Source of the DNA: Anolis carolinensis
Lineage: Eukaryota
DNA: 64,000 bases
Assembly (NCBI RefSeq): GCF_035594765.1
Contig: NC_085847.1
Location: 5,518,001 to 5,582,000, forward strand
Reading direction: 5' to 3'
Shown here piece after piece: positions 1-25,757 of this stretch. The notes below the pieces were generated by a model. The model was given only the letters and a program-made list of their open reading frames with translations. It was not told the DNA's origin and did no database searches. Numbering within the stretch: the stretch's first letter is position 1; every line of letters begins with the position of its first letter. Position numbers and translations under genes: made by a program.

Positions 1-689
1 AATTAAATTAATTTTAAAAAAAATTTAAACATTAATTAAATTTTTTAAACATTAAGTTTAAAGAAAATTTAAAATATTTTAAATTTTAAAAAAAACAGGA
101 ACCTACACTTGTTTTTCAATACTTCGTTCGTTAGTGTTAAGGGCACAATTATTCGGCGACCAAAAAAATAAAAAATAAAAATAAGTTAATTAAAAGGAAT
201 GTAAGATGTATAAGAGTTTGGCCTAGTCAAATTTTAACGCTTGTTAAAATTCCAGACACAAAATAAGATTTTAATTAAAAAAAATAATTAAAAATAATTT
301 ACAAAAATTAAATAAAAAAAACAAGAACCTACACTTGTTTTTCAATACTTGGTTTGTTAGTATTAAGAGCACGATTATTTGGCGACCAAAAAAAAAAAGG
401 TTAATTAAAAGGAATGTAAAAAGTTGTATAGTTTGGCCTAGTCTTATATATATTAGGAATGCAATTAGTTTATTTTCCTATTTATTTATTCATATATTTA
501 TATTTATAATTTTTGGCTGTTGGGATTCCCATTAACACTTAATCTGAATATTTCACCATCAATTAACGATGCGAAAAACGACAACGCAACAAGACCATGA
601 ATACACAGCCTTGGCGTTCAGCTCAAAGTTACGCAAAATACTGAATATTATTGATTCAATCAATACTAATTAATACAATTAATAATCTT

Positions 690-1660
690 AATTCCCCTTG
701 TATTAATTAATCCGAGTCTCCCGTTATTTTTTTCGTTCTTTTCATAACGACAAAGAAAATTTTTCGTTGTCACAATAAAGAAAAACAAGTCATTCCATCT
801 CCCGTATTAATTAATCAATCCAATTAATATTATTTTCTCAAAAATTAAATATATAGAAATTAATTCAATTAATAAGATGAATTCCCCCAGTATTTAATTA
901 ACCCGAGTCTCCCCATTATTTTGTTTTTCGTTCTTTTCGTAACGACAAAAAATAACAGGTAATTCCATTTCCTGCATTAATTAATTAATCCAATTAATTT
1001 TTTTCTCAAAAAATTAAATATATTCTGCCTCTCGTCTTAATGAATCCGAGTCTACCATTAATTGATTTTGCTTGAACACGCAAAATGTTAAATTAAATAT
1101 ATTCTATTTCCTGTATTAATGAATGTACACCTCCCGTTAACTGATTTTGCTTGGATGAAAAAAAAAATTATTTTGATTGATTTTGCTTAGATGAAAAAAA
1201 TATTAAATTAAATCTATTCCATCTCTTTTATTAATGGACCCAAGCCTCCCGTTAATTAATTTTGCTTGGACATTAAAAAAATTGAATATATTCTTGCATC
1301 CCTTGTATTAACGAATCTACATATTCCATTAATTAATTTTCCTCGGACACAAAAAAATTAAATATATTCAGTCTCTTATATTAACGAATCTACCTATTCT
1401 ATTAATTGACTTTCCTTGGTCACAAAAAAAGAAAATTAAATATATTCCTCCATCTCTTGTATTAATGAATCTACCTATTTCATTAATTTATTTTCCTTGC
1501 ACACAAAAATTAAATATATTCCATCTCTTATATTAATGAACCTAAATATCCCATTCATTGATTTTGCTTGGACACCAAAAAATTAAATATATTCCTCCAG
1601 CTCTTGTATTAATGAATCTACCTATCCCGTTCATTGAAAATTAAATATATTCCACCTCGT
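690..1660. repeat. Degenerate AT-rich ~60-bp minisatellite downstream of the GNAZ stop
   Basis: Recurrent AAATTAAATATATTCC...GTATTAATGAAT...TTAATTGATTTTGCTTGGA units. Confidence 0.8.
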
Positions 1661-2067
1661 TAAGATTGACAAAGACACATAACGGGGCAATGATTAATTC
1701 ATCATCCTAATATAAATAATAAATAAATAAATTAGAAAAACAATAACAAATGGACGACGACGAGAGGCAGCAGCGACGTCAGAGTAGCAGGTTTTCTTTT
1801 TCAAGTTCGGAAACTCGACCCCCCCCTTTTTTTTAATCGAAGGCAAATCTTCGTTACTTCCCCCTCCCTGAACAACGAAAACAATGAAAAGTGCATGCGT
1901 GAAGTCGGGGGAGGCGGCAGCGACCCCCCCCCCCCCCCCCCGTCGGAGTTCATTACCGATCGCTCCTCCTTTCCGCCCGATCCGGTGGTTTCCGTCCCTC
2001 CGCCAGTCCGTCCGTCCGTCGCGGCCGGCGTTTCGTTTGTGGCCCCGTTTACAACCGAGTGCCGGGC

Positions 2068-3737
<1,670 letters not shown>

Positions 3738-5892
3738 GGTATCACCAGCGGGCAGGCGGGCGGGCGGGCGGGCTGAGAGGGTCCTACCAGTTCTGGACCG
3801 CCCTTCTCATCTCCGTGGGGGCTCCTGGCACAAATCCTGCGGGTGTCCCACCCACGACACACACCTGAAGGATCAACCGCCACTCCAAGACAGGCGGACG
3901 GGCAACTGATTAGCAGGCAGTCATGCCGATTTTTTTACGGAGTACGTCTCCCCGTAATTGGATAAACGGACAAATCACCGCTTCATGGGCAATCGTCTCG
4001 GTACGAGTCAAAAAAATCTCATAATCGAAGAAACTGAGAAATCACGGTCGATCGTCACAACATCCCCATAATCGGAGGAACAGACAAATCACGGCTTCAG
4101 AATAACGGTCTCAGAACAAATCACAACTTCCCCATAATCGAAAAAATGGACAGATCATGGTTTCCTGGACAAGTCACAACATTCCCATTTTCAATTGGTT
4201 TCTAGAAGAAACAGATGAGAACAGCTTCCCGGGCAAGCCTTTTCGGTCACAACGTTCTCGTTTTGATGGGTTTATATTCCCGTAATCAGAGAAGCGGACG
4301 GGCACGGCTTCCCGGGCAATTGTTCCAGAATGAAAGTCACAACATCCCCATTTCCTGTGGGTCTATCTTCCTGGTCGAGAAGAACAGAGGTTGTGTTGAA
4401 ACTCAGTTCGAAGAGGATAACGCAAAAGGCAGGTCGAGGTTCTCCCACGTTAGAGGAGCGTTGCCTTCATTCCCATTATTCGCAGCACTCCCACATCATC
4501 CCAATCCAGCGTGGAGGTCAGTCGTGACGTTTCTGCATCGGAATCCCCCTGCTTTTGCTCGCGGAAATATTCCAGGGAAACATGGCGTCCTTTTTGCCCA
4601 GGAACACGGATTCTGGAGGGCCACCTGTTCAGAGGAAGGGGAGAAAAGAGGACAGGAATGAATCGAGTACAGGCTGGTTAGTAGCCAGCTGCAAGAAATC
4701 ACAACAGAAGTCTGGAGAACAACAGAAATCTGGAGAAACTTGACGTTGTTGTTGTATTATTCCTGTGTCTGTGCTTTCCCTGTTCCGCAAGCAAAGCGAT
4801 ATCCCCCAGGCTTAAATAACTGGATTAGGCCTCTCTTAATCTAGGGAAACCAATTAAGGGCCGTTAATCCTCCCTCGATCCTATCAACGAACGGGGAAGC
4901 TCGTTAGGTCAATCCCGTTAGCCGTAATAACGGCTCTTTCCTCCACTTTCCCAGGGCATCTCGATCGGAAGCGCTCTCCAACATTACTACCAAAAGGGTT
5001 ACGAATCAGTTTTTGGTCAACTTTCAATTTGGTTCAGTTATTTTGTGTTGTCGTTCGGCCTGTGATTGTGCCTGGTGTCAATGGGGATGTCAGGCACAGA
5101 ACTTAATGAGCTTGGAGATAGGAGACACGGCTTTTGTAAACTAGGGGAGAGTTCCTGGGTCCGTCGAAAAAGGGAAAAAGGGGGAAACAAATCCGTATCT
5201 GGTGGGAAAGTGAAACGGAATGGGTTCTTTCCAGAAAATTTGCATGGGGTAGGCCACATGAGCTCTAGTTTCTGAGACAGAACATAGATGCCACCCAGTC
5301 GTTGCCACCTGCTTGCCCACAGGAAACCATATTTAATCATCTCGAGCTGATGTGGTCTATCCAATGCATCGTTCTGAGGCCTGTTCCTGGGGTTATTTGG
5401 GGTGCTGATTCAGAACATTGCACTGGGTAGACCACATCAGCTGTAGCTTCCGATACAGAACATAGATGCCACCTGCTTGCCCACAGAAGATCATATTTAA
5501 TCATTCTAGAGCTGATGTGGTCTATCCAATGCCATTTTCTGAATCAGTACCCCCAAAGAACCCCAGGAACAGGCCTCAAAACAAAGACAGTTGGGCTGTG
5601 TCATTATCCATAGTAGTAACAGCGAGGCCGTGGACCATATTTGAGTTCTTGTGGACCACCGGTGGTCATCGGACCCCAGGTTGGGAACCACGGTCTACCC
5701 AGTCTCCTGCCTCCCTCCCTCCCTCCCTTCCCTCCTGGCCACAAGCCCTCCTCCTCCTCCTCCTCCTGGTTAATCTGTCTGAGAAGAGCAAATACCAAGA
5801 GGAAGGAGGAAATCATCCAACTTGAAAGAAGGACCAAAGGATCAAATCATATATAAAATACATACACACACTGTATCTCAACGCTAACACCA

Positions 5893-6070
5893 NNNNNNNN
5901 NNNNNNNNNNNNNNNNNNNNNNNNNNNNNNNNNNNNNNNNNNNNNNNNNNNNNNNNNNNNNNNNNNNNNNNNNNNNNNNNNNNNNNNNNNNNNNNNNNNN
6001 NNNNNNNNNNNNNNNNNNNNNNNNNNNNNNNNNNNNNNNNNNNNNNNNNNNNNNNNNNNNNNNNNNNNNN
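5893..6070. other. Assembly gap (others at 47275-47413, 59836-59966, 62803-62947)
   Basis: Runs of N. Confidence 1.
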
Positions 6071-6182
6071 TATATAAAACTCGAATATCTGTATAAACGC
6101 CATGTCAACTCAGCAGAAACAAATACAGTATATTAAACCATATATACAATCAGCATAAACCAATATGTCAGCCAACGCAAAC

Positions 6183-6230
<48 letters not shown>

Positions 6231-6473
6231 ATGGGATTTCCCCCCTCAGAAAAAGACAGGATTTCTCCCTCTCTCCAGAAAGATGCATTCAATATATTAT
6301 ATTATATTATATATAACTAATTTATATTTTTATATTATATATATAAATATTATATATAACTTATATATTTATAGTAAAATGCCTGAAAATATATTTATAC
6401 CTATATAGAAAGGATGCAACAAAGACACACACACACACACATGTATACACTTAAAATGCATATAGACACACAC

Positions 6474-6513
<40 letters not shown>

Positions 6514-6626
6514 CCATTGATACCCACAGATTATATATATGCATATCTATAAAAAATGCGTACACATATATAATGCAGAAATACAGATTATATATATGTA
6601 TATATATAAAATGCAGAAATACACAC

Positions 6627-6660
<34 letters not shown>

Positions 6661-6789
6661 GCATAAATACACAGACACATAAGCGCATAAATATACACAT
6701 AAAATGCACTAAAATATTGTATATATATATAAACTGCATAAATATGCACAATATATATAATGCATAAATACACACACCTAATGCATAAA

Positions 6790-6827
<38 letters not shown>

Positions 6828-6887
6828 CATAACTACACACATATATAAAATGCATAAATACTATATATATGTATGTATATCTATATA

Positions 6888-7210
6888 CAGTAGAGTCTCA
6901 CTTATCCAACATCAATGGGCTGGCAGAACCTTGGATAAGGGAATATGTTGAATAATAAGGAGGGATTAAGGAAAAGCCTATTCAACATCCAATGAGGTTA
7001 TGATTTTACGAATTAAGCACCAAAACATCATGTTATACAACAAATTTGACAGAAAAAGTAGTTCAAGACGCAATAATGTGATGTTGTAATGACTGTATTT
7101 ATGAATTTAGCACCAAAATATCACGATATATTGAAAACATTGATGACAAAAATGGCTTGGATTATCCAGAGGCTTGGATAAGCGAGGCTTGGATTAGTGA
7201 GACTCTACTG
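6888..7210. mobile_element. Tc1/Mariner-type MITE
   Basis: TIRs CAGTAGAGTCTCAC...GTGAGACTCTACTG flanked by TA. Confidence 0.85.
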
Positions 7211-7541
7211 TATATTCAAAAGGCATCTCTCTTCTCCCCCCCCCCCCCCCCAATGAACTATGGCATATAATGCATGGAGATGGATATGTACAAATGTCTA
7301 TGAAGGATATATATATATATAAGGTAAGCAATCTGGAGATGGCAGCCTCTCTGTCTCCAAGGCATGGATGCCATGCGAGATTCCCAGCTATGCCATGCAT
7401 GGATGCAAATGCAAAAATGTATGTATGCAAATGCCATGCAAATCACCCCCCCCCCCTCCCATGCAATGTAGATGGATGGATGGATGGATGGAGAGGGGCA
7501 GATGGGCAGGCCTTCCTCTTCCTCATCCTCCCCTTGCTCAC

Positions 7542-7830
7542 CTGCCTCTTCCTCGAGGGAAGGTTGAGAGAGAGAGAGAGAGCCTTCTCCTTTTTCCTCC
7601 TTTCCTTCCTTCCTTCCTTCCTTCCTTCCTGGGTGGAGGCGGCAAAGGCAGGCCTGTCAGGGAGGAGGAGGAGGAGGAGGAAGGGAAGGGCGTGCGCGCG
7701 CAGCCTCGAGCAGGCCAGGCCCAGGCAGGCAGGCGAGGGTCACGTGCTCCCGGGGCGGGAAGGGAGGGGCCAGGCAGAGGAGGAGCAGGAGGAGGGGCCT
7801 GCGCGCGCACCTTCCCTTCCCATCCCTCCA
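7542..7830 (-). promoter_or_regulatory. GNAZ: Candidate GNAZ CpG-rich promoter and non-coding first exon
   Basis: CpG-rich patch 7690-7810 and a strong minus-strand donor (CAG|GTGAGC) at 7541/7542. Human GNAZ has a non-coding exon 1. The assignment is inferred. Confidence 0.5.
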
Positions 7831-7913
7831 GCAGCATCGTGTGTGTGTGTGTGTGTGTATACATACACACACACACATACACACACACACACTTTCACAC
7901 ACACACACACATA

Positions 7914-8641
7914 TAGGGGCCCCCAAACTTTTTAAACAGGGGGCCAGTTCACAATCGCTCAGGCCGTTGGAGGGCCAGACTAGAGTTGTAAAAAACCCCC
8001 TATAAACAAATTCCCATGCACACTGCACATCTCTTATTTAGAAGTAATAAAACAAAACGGGAACAAATACAGCCTCAATGTTAATCATAACCCTAATAAA
8101 AATATTAAAGAGGGTTGGAAGAGACTCCTCCGGCCATTGAGTCCAACCCCCTTCTGCCTTTGGGCCCAAAAGCACAAGCAAAGCACCCCTGGCAGATGGC
8201 CACCCAGCCTCCATGTTGTTAATAATAATAAATCACACAGTCCTAAAGGCTTGGAAAGAGTTCGACTTGTGATTTTGTGATTCAAAATCCAGCATATCTA
8301 TCTCGTTTGCTGTGCTATACTATTTCCTTCTGTCAATAATAATAATAATAACAAAGAAGGTTGGAAGAGACCCCTTGGGCCATTGAGTCCAACCCCCTTC
8401 TGCCTTTGTGCACCAAAAGCACTGGCAAAGCACCCCTTAATAATTAACAATTAATTAAATAATAATTAAAATACCATTATAAACAAGCCAAGCTTTGGAA
8501 AGGGCTCACTAGGTGAAGGAGGGGGCAGGAAAGGCCCTTCCCTCCTCCCTCGTGGAAGAGGACGGAGCCACCACCACGGGGGCCGCATGAATGGCTTCGA
8601 GGGGCCGCATGTGGCCTCGGGCCTTAGTTTGGGGACCCCTG
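7914..8641. mobile_element. hAT-type non-autonomous DNA transposon with an internal R4-like tail fragment
   Basis: Termini AGGGGCCCCCAAACT...AGTTTGGGGACCCCTG; internal duplicated segment. Confidence 0.65.
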
Positions 8642-8938
8642 CAGTAGAGCCTCACTTCTCCAAGCTAAACGGGCTGGCAGAAGCTTGGATAAGCGAATAT
8701 CTTGGATAATAAGGAGGGATTAAGGAAAAGCTTATTAAACATCAAATTTTACAAATTAAGCGCCAAAACATCATGTTAGACAACACATTTGACAGAAAAA
8801 GTAGTTCAATGCGCAGTCATGTTATGTAGTAATTACTGTATTTACAAATTGAGCACCCAAAAATCATGATGTATTGAAAACATTGACTACAAAAATGGCT
8901 TGGATAATCCAGAACGTTGGATAAGTGAGACTCTACTG
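8642..8938. mobile_element. Tc1/Mariner-type MITE (same family)
   Basis: Same TIRs and internal sequence as 6888-7210. Confidence 0.85.
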
Positions 8939-8975
8939 TATATGTGTATATATGTGTGTGTGTGTGTGTGTGTAT

Positions 8976-9213
8976 GGGCCCCTGGTGGTGGCGAAGTGTG
9001 TTAAAGCGCTGAGCTGCTGAACTTGCAGATCAAAAGGTCCCAGGTTCAAATCCCAGGAGCAGAGTGAGCTCCCACTGTTAGCCCCAGCTTCTGCCAACCA
9101 AGCAGTTCGAAAACATGCCAATGTGAGTAGATCAATAGATACCGCTCCAGTGGGAAGGAGATGAGCCCCAACCCCCAGAGTCAGACATGACGTCAGGGGA
9201 AAACCGTTACCCT
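8976..9213 (+). mobile_element. Sauria SINE, internally deleted
   Basis: tRNA-like head GGTGGCGAAGTGTGTTAAAGCGCTGAGCTGCTGAACTTG and ACCTTT tail; lacks the central segment seen in other copies. Confidence 0.85.
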
Positions 9214-9590
9214 TTTTATGTGTATATATGTATACACACACACACACACACACACACAGATATATATATATGTCTCTCAGACTTCAGTGCTCTGTCTCCC
9301 AGAACCCAATTTCACCATACTGTGACTCCCAGACTCCTGTGTCTCCCAGGACCGACTTTTGTCACTCGTATGTCCCCTGGAGCCCAGTTACTACCATGCT
9401 ATGTCTCCCAGGCTTCTCCTATTGCTATGCTGCGTCTCCCAGGAACCTCTCATTGCCACGCCATGTCTCCCAGACTCCAATTTGGTCTGGACTAGGTTGA
9501 AAGGCCCCTGATCTGGGCTTTTCCCAAATGCTAAGCAGGGCTGGCCCTGGTGGGGAATGGGGTGGGAGTCTGACCACAGATCTATCTTAG

Positions 9591-9911
9591 GAAGGGCGGT
9601 GTGCGTGGTGGAGAGCGGCCTGGTGCCCTCGCTGGTCCTGAAGCTGCGCTCGGAGCCGGAGGAGATCCAGGTGCTGATCCTGGACACGCTGTGGGGCTGC
9701 CTGCGCACAGAGGCCTTCGAGGCGCTGGCCTCGGGCGCCGTCCGCCTCTTCAAGGAGAAGCTCGCCCACCCTGACCTGCGCATACGCAGCCGCGCCACAC
9801 AGGCCCTCATGGCCATCAGGTCAGGCGGGAGATAGGTGTGCCCGTCACCATGGGGACCACCTTGGCTGGCTTGGCCCAGTTCAGATTACCATTCCTATTA
9901 TTAGTATTATT

Positions 9912-9961
<50 letters not shown>

Positions 9962-10570
9962 GGTCATGGGCTCACTGTCAAGAGGGCCAGGAGTCGGGTG
10001 GCATGAGATAGAGATCGTGGGCCCATCACCACGGGGACCACCCTTCCTGGCTTGGCCCAATTGGGATCCTCGTTTTTCCCAGCGTCCCTTTGGAAGGGAA
10101 GGAGGCCATCTTGGGGGAAGGCCTCCTCCCAGACCTGGTCTCCTTCCTGTGGGACCGAGACCCCCAAGTGCAAGCCAATGCCGCCGGGACCCTCATGTTC
10201 GCAGCCGTCGCCACCCCAGGTAAGGCATCTCCCATCCAGGTTTTGCTCTACTATGTCTCCCCAAGCTCAGTTGTGTTCTGGAGGCAGCCTACATTCCCCT
10301 GATCCCCTTTTTTTGGACATGATGTTGCCCAGACCCCCATTTTGGTCATACTATGTCTCCCTGACTCTTAATTTTTGCCATACTATGTCTCCTGGGCCCC
10401 TGTGATTGTCTCTCTCTCCCTCTGCAGGAAAGTTGGGGGCCCTGGAGGCGGGGGCCCTGGAGGCGCTGGTGGGCCTGAGCAGGGGCCCCGACCGCAAGGG
10501 CCGCCTCTTTGCCTCGAAGGCCTTGCGCGCCTTGGCCGAGGCCCCCAGGGGCCGCCACGCTTGGGAATGA
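9591..10570 (+). CDS. RSPH14: Radial spoke head 14 homolog (RTDR1), last three coding exons (~9591-9819, 10083-10219, 10428-10570); 5' exons lie left of the window
   Basis: ARM-like peptide GLVPSLVLKLRSEPEEIQVLILDTL..., EGKEAIL...VQANAAGTLMFAAVATPG, KLGALEAGAL...LAEAPRGR. Splice phases are compatible, and the gene is antisense to nested GNAZ as in mammals. Confidence 0.88.
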
Positions 10571-10609
10571 CCACCTAGAAGCCCTGTCTTGTCCAAAGCT
10601 TTCCTCGCT

Positions 10610-10806
10610 ATTGGAATCCCTGGGCTGCTCCGAGTTTTCTGTGTCAGGACCGTCAGCAAAGGACGACACTCAGAAGTCCACGCATGAAACAACCAGGGCC
10701 AGCTAACACCTCCCAACAAAGGATTCCCCCAGGCAGGAGGCAGGCAGGCTTTGAAGCTGCAAGGCCATTCAATGCTAATCAAGGTTGACTAATTGCAACA
10801 TTCCAC

Positions 10807-10853
<47 letters not shown>

Positions 10854-10990
10854 AACCCCCCTTGCCTAGTTTCCAACAGAGCTCACAACCTCTGAGGATG
10901 CCTGCCAGATGTGGGTGAAACATCAGGAGAAAATGCTATTACTGGGACATGGCCAGGCAGCCCAGGAAACTCACCACAACCCAGGGATTC
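10610..10990. mobile_element. Penelope-like retroelement fragment
   Basis: CCAGCTAACACCTCCCAACAAAGGATTCCCCCAGGCAGG...CAGGAGAAAATGCT...; related copies in the opposite orientation at ~24950-25290 and ~47585-47840. Confidence 0.6.
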
Positions 10991-11649
10991 CAGAGGCCCT
11001 TTGACAACACATCTCTCAAACAGATCTGTAACTAACCAACAGGTAAATTGTGTACCCATGTTATGCTGAACACATGAAGGCCATGAGTAAACCACATATG
11101 TTCTCCTATGACTAAAGCTGTTTTGAGTTTTGTCTCTTGAGCGCATCATAGACTTGTTTTATGGGAGAGGAGGTCTATTTTGGGGGGGACAGCAAAACAC
11201 TTCTGGAGCACAGCTTCAACATCAGGCACGTCATAATCAGCCTTCCCCGGGAATCCTTTCTTGTCAGTGCTGATGCTGCTGGAAAAGCTTCCAAATGGAA
11301 AAGAGGACGAGGAGATTTTTAAAAAATCATCTATATATTTCTTTGGGTTTTTTTTTCCTCCTTCGCGCCATTATACAAAGTGCAAAGAGTGTTTGCTGGC
11401 CAGCCTTACAACAAAGGAAGTACTTATTATTATCATAAATTATATTATTACTATTATTATTACAAAAGTCCCGTTTTCTGTTCAAATTGCACATTTTTGT
11501 ACAAAACAGAAGGTGAGTTAGTTGGAAAAAAGGAAAGAGACAGAAAAATCAATGGGGAAAAGATGATTGCCATAGGATTATTATTATTATTCTTGCTTTC
11601 GCCTCGAAGGGGCCTCCTGGGACCACCTTCTGTCTATCAATCCCCTTAT

Positions 11650-12350
11650 TAATTATGCAGGAAATTATGCAAATTTTCAAGGAGCTTTTTTGGGGGTCCA
11701 TTCTGCGCTTCTGAGCACTTTATGGCATTTGATTTGCAAATTCGTGACATATGCAAATTCCATGCACATTTGGGCATTGTATGAAAATTTTGCCAATATA
11801 TGCGGCTTTTATGCAAATTTTGTCAACATATTGAAATCTGCAGGGTATGCAAGTTCCATGTACATTTGGGCATTTTATGCAAATTTGGACAATACATGCA
11901 GATTTTGCCCACATATGCCAATATTATGCAAATTTCACCCATGTATGCAGATCTGCAACATATGCAAATTCCATGCAGTAGGGGCACTTAATGCAAATTT
12001 TGCCCATATATGCAGATTCTATGCAAGTTTTCACCACATATGCTGATTTCATGCAAATTTAGCCAACAGATGCAAATCTGCAACGTATTCAGATTTCACA
12101 TACTAGCGGCATTTTATGCAAATTTTGCCAGTGTGTGCAAATTTTATGCCAGTTTTGGCAATAGACACAAATCTGCAATGTATGTAAATCCCATGCACTA
12201 GGGGCATTTTATGCCAATTTTGCCCATATATGCAAATTGTATGCAAATTTCAGCCACATATGCATTCTATACAAATTTCACCCATATATGCAGATTGTGT
12301 GCAAATGTTGCCCGTGTATGCAAATTGTATGCCAATTCCGCCCGCGTATG
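11650..12350. repeat. ATGCAAAT-rich degenerate minisatellite in the SLC5A1 3'UTR region
   Basis: About 13 perfect ATGCAAAT plus many 1-mismatch copies. Confidence 0.85.
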
Positions 12351-12370
12351 CCAAGAGTCCGGCGGCAGCT

Positions 12371-23074
<10,704 letters not shown>

Positions 23075-23114
23075 CCTGGCTTGTCTTCCTTTCCTTGTCT
23101 TCCTTTCCTTTCTG

Positions 23115-23221
23115 TTTTATAAGGAGCCTCTCCCTCTCTCTCTCAATCTCTCTCTCTCTCAATCTCTCTCTCTCTCAATCTCTCTCTTGCCACCTCCGCT
23201 GCCAGGGGTTAATGATCAAAC
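23115..23221 (-). promoter_or_regulatory. SLC5A1: SLC5A1 proximal promoter: TATA box (23115-23121) and HNF1 site (23207-23221)
   Basis: TATAAAA on the minus strand about 40 bp upstream of the ATG. GGTTAATGATCAAAC matches the HNF1 consensus GTTAATNATTAAC; HNF1 is an established SGLT1 activator. Confidence 0.75.
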
Positions 23222-24914
23222 CTCTTCTCCGGAGGGGCCCTAATCGCTCACCTCTTCCTCCTCCTCCTCCGCTACCTTTGTTAAGGCACAGGTGCGGCAG
23301 GTAAGACGGGCCAAGGGCTATTTTTAGGGAGGAAGGAAGGAAGGAAAGAAGAAAAGAAGGCGAGAAGGAAGGCGGGCCTTGGGGGAGCTCAGGCTCCTCT
23401 TCACATTCCTCCCTCCCTTTGCTCCCCACTTGGTCACCTGGCGGTCACCTGGGGTCACATCAGGTCAGCTGAGGTTGACCCTTCAGGGGGAAGAAGGGAA
23501 GAAAAGCAAAGAATACATTCAGAATAATAAGAATAAGAATAAGAATAAGAATAAGAATATCATAATAATGATCATGATAAGGGCCAGGCTAGATGACCAC
23601 TAGGAGGTCTTCTTCCATCTGTAGAGATTGGATCGTGAAGCCTAGGAAGAGTCTCCTCCTTCTTCATTAGGCCTTTCAATACTCAATCAATATCCAGTTC
23701 CAATGATAGTAATGAGGGATGGGGTCCAGTCTAGATGTCCTTTGGGGGTCCCTTGGCGGGATGTGGATTCCTGCCATGCCAGCCACTTTGTGTGGGCCTG
23801 CTCAACGGGAGTTTAATCATTACAGGCCACACAATGGAGCCCTCCACCTCCCGCCAAGGTGGCCAAAGGAAGGCCATTCTTCTCATTCTACCCGTTAGTT
23901 AGTTCGTTCATTCGTTAGTTCCTCCTTTTACCTCCAGAATTAATTAATCAGGTCCGTTCCTCTGTTGATTTCAACGGATGCTGAGAAGAAGAAGAAGAAG
24001 AAGAAGAAGAAGAAGAAGAAGAAGAAGAAGAAGAGGAGGAGGAGGAGCCTCCAGAAAGGCACACACCCCTCCCTTGGGCTCCTTGATCAATCAATCAATC
24101 ACCTGTCTCTCTCCTCAATTTGATCTATCCATCCATCCATCCATCATGATATCTATCTCCTTCCATCTATCTGTCTCCTTAATCTGATCTATCTTCTCAT
24201 CCATCATTATACCTAAGTACCTATCCATCAGTCCATCTCTATGTATCTATATCTATCAATAGATCCATCCATCATTAGATCTATGTACCCAACTACCTAT
24301 CTCTACATCTGCCCATCTGTCTGTCTGTCTATCTGTCTCTTCAATCTGATCTCCCCACCCATCCGTCATTATACCACCCTATCCATCCATCCATCCATCC
24401 ATCCATCTCTACGTATCTATATTTATCAATAGATCCATCCATCCATCATGATATCTCCCTACCTCTGTATCCATCCATACATCCATACATACATCTCTAC
24501 GTATCTATATCTATCAATAGATCCATCCGTCCATCCTTATATCTACCTACCTATCTATCTCAACATCTATCCATCCATCTATTGATAGATCCATCCATCC
24601 AACTAGATCCGTCCATCCATCCCTCTCTTTCTCTCATGCCAATGTTGGTGAAGGTTCTTGAGAACGTTGTGGTCCCTCCCAACCTGGAAATTCCTGGCCA
24701 CACTCTGCTTCCAGTTCACCGGCCAAACTGGGCAAACTAGGAGTCCGCCTGCCTTGGAGGCTGCCAATCTGGCCAGTGTAAGCCCCGCCTACCGGGAAGC
24801 CCACTGGCCAATCAGGGAGCCCCAATCGGAGTTGTCAGTTGGATGGAGGTGGTTGCCAGGCAACAATTGGAACCATCATTATCATTCTCTAATGATAAGA
24901 ATAAAACAGAGAAG

Positions 24915-24946
<32 letters not shown>

Positions 24947-24949
24947 GGT

Positions 24950-25290
24950 TCCTGTGTTTCCATGCTCCCATAGTAGCATTCTCTCCTTACGTTTCGCCCA
25001 CGTCTATGGCAAGCATCCTCCGAGGTGGTGAGGTCTGTTGGAAACTGGGCAAGTGAGGTTGAGAGATAGATATATATACCATTGGAAGAACTCTTGTGTG
25101 TTGGAAGCAAGTGTAAATGCTGCCATTGGCCACCTTGACGAGCACGGAATGGCCTTGCAGCTTCAAAGCCTGGCTGCTTCCTGCCTGAGGGGGAACCCTT
25201 TGTTGGCCCTGCTTGTTTCCTGCCTGGAATTCCCCCGTTGTCTTTGGCGTGTTCTTTTCTGTTTACCTTCTTCTGATTGAAGAGATGTTT
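24950..25290. mobile_element. Penelope-like retroelement fragment
   Basis: Reverse-complement homology to 10610-10990. Confidence 0.6.
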
Positions 25291-25696
25291 TTAATCCTGG
25301 CGCTGTCCTTCCTCCTTGGCTAATCCTCTTGAAGCGAAACCATTCAAACCAGTTGGGTGGGATCGGCCTCCCATTGGCCGCCTTCCTTCCTTCCTTCCTT
25401 CTGGGGCGAAACTCCCCTCCGTTGCGGGAATTCACCTCTTGCAAGGAAGTGGCCGTGTGTTGACACCTTGGTGGGTTCCTTCAGACCATTTGAAACCATA
25501 CATAAATACTGTACATCTAAACACACACACACACACACACAGGATGGGATTTGCAGTACCTTCACCCAATTCGGTTCCTGTAGACCACGGTGACCCCCAC
25601 GAATGATGGTCCCGGACCGAACTAGGGACACAGACCTCTAGACCACTGAAACCCTCACAAATATATGGATGTATTTCAAATTATAGAGATATATGT

Positions 25697-25757
<61 letters not shown>

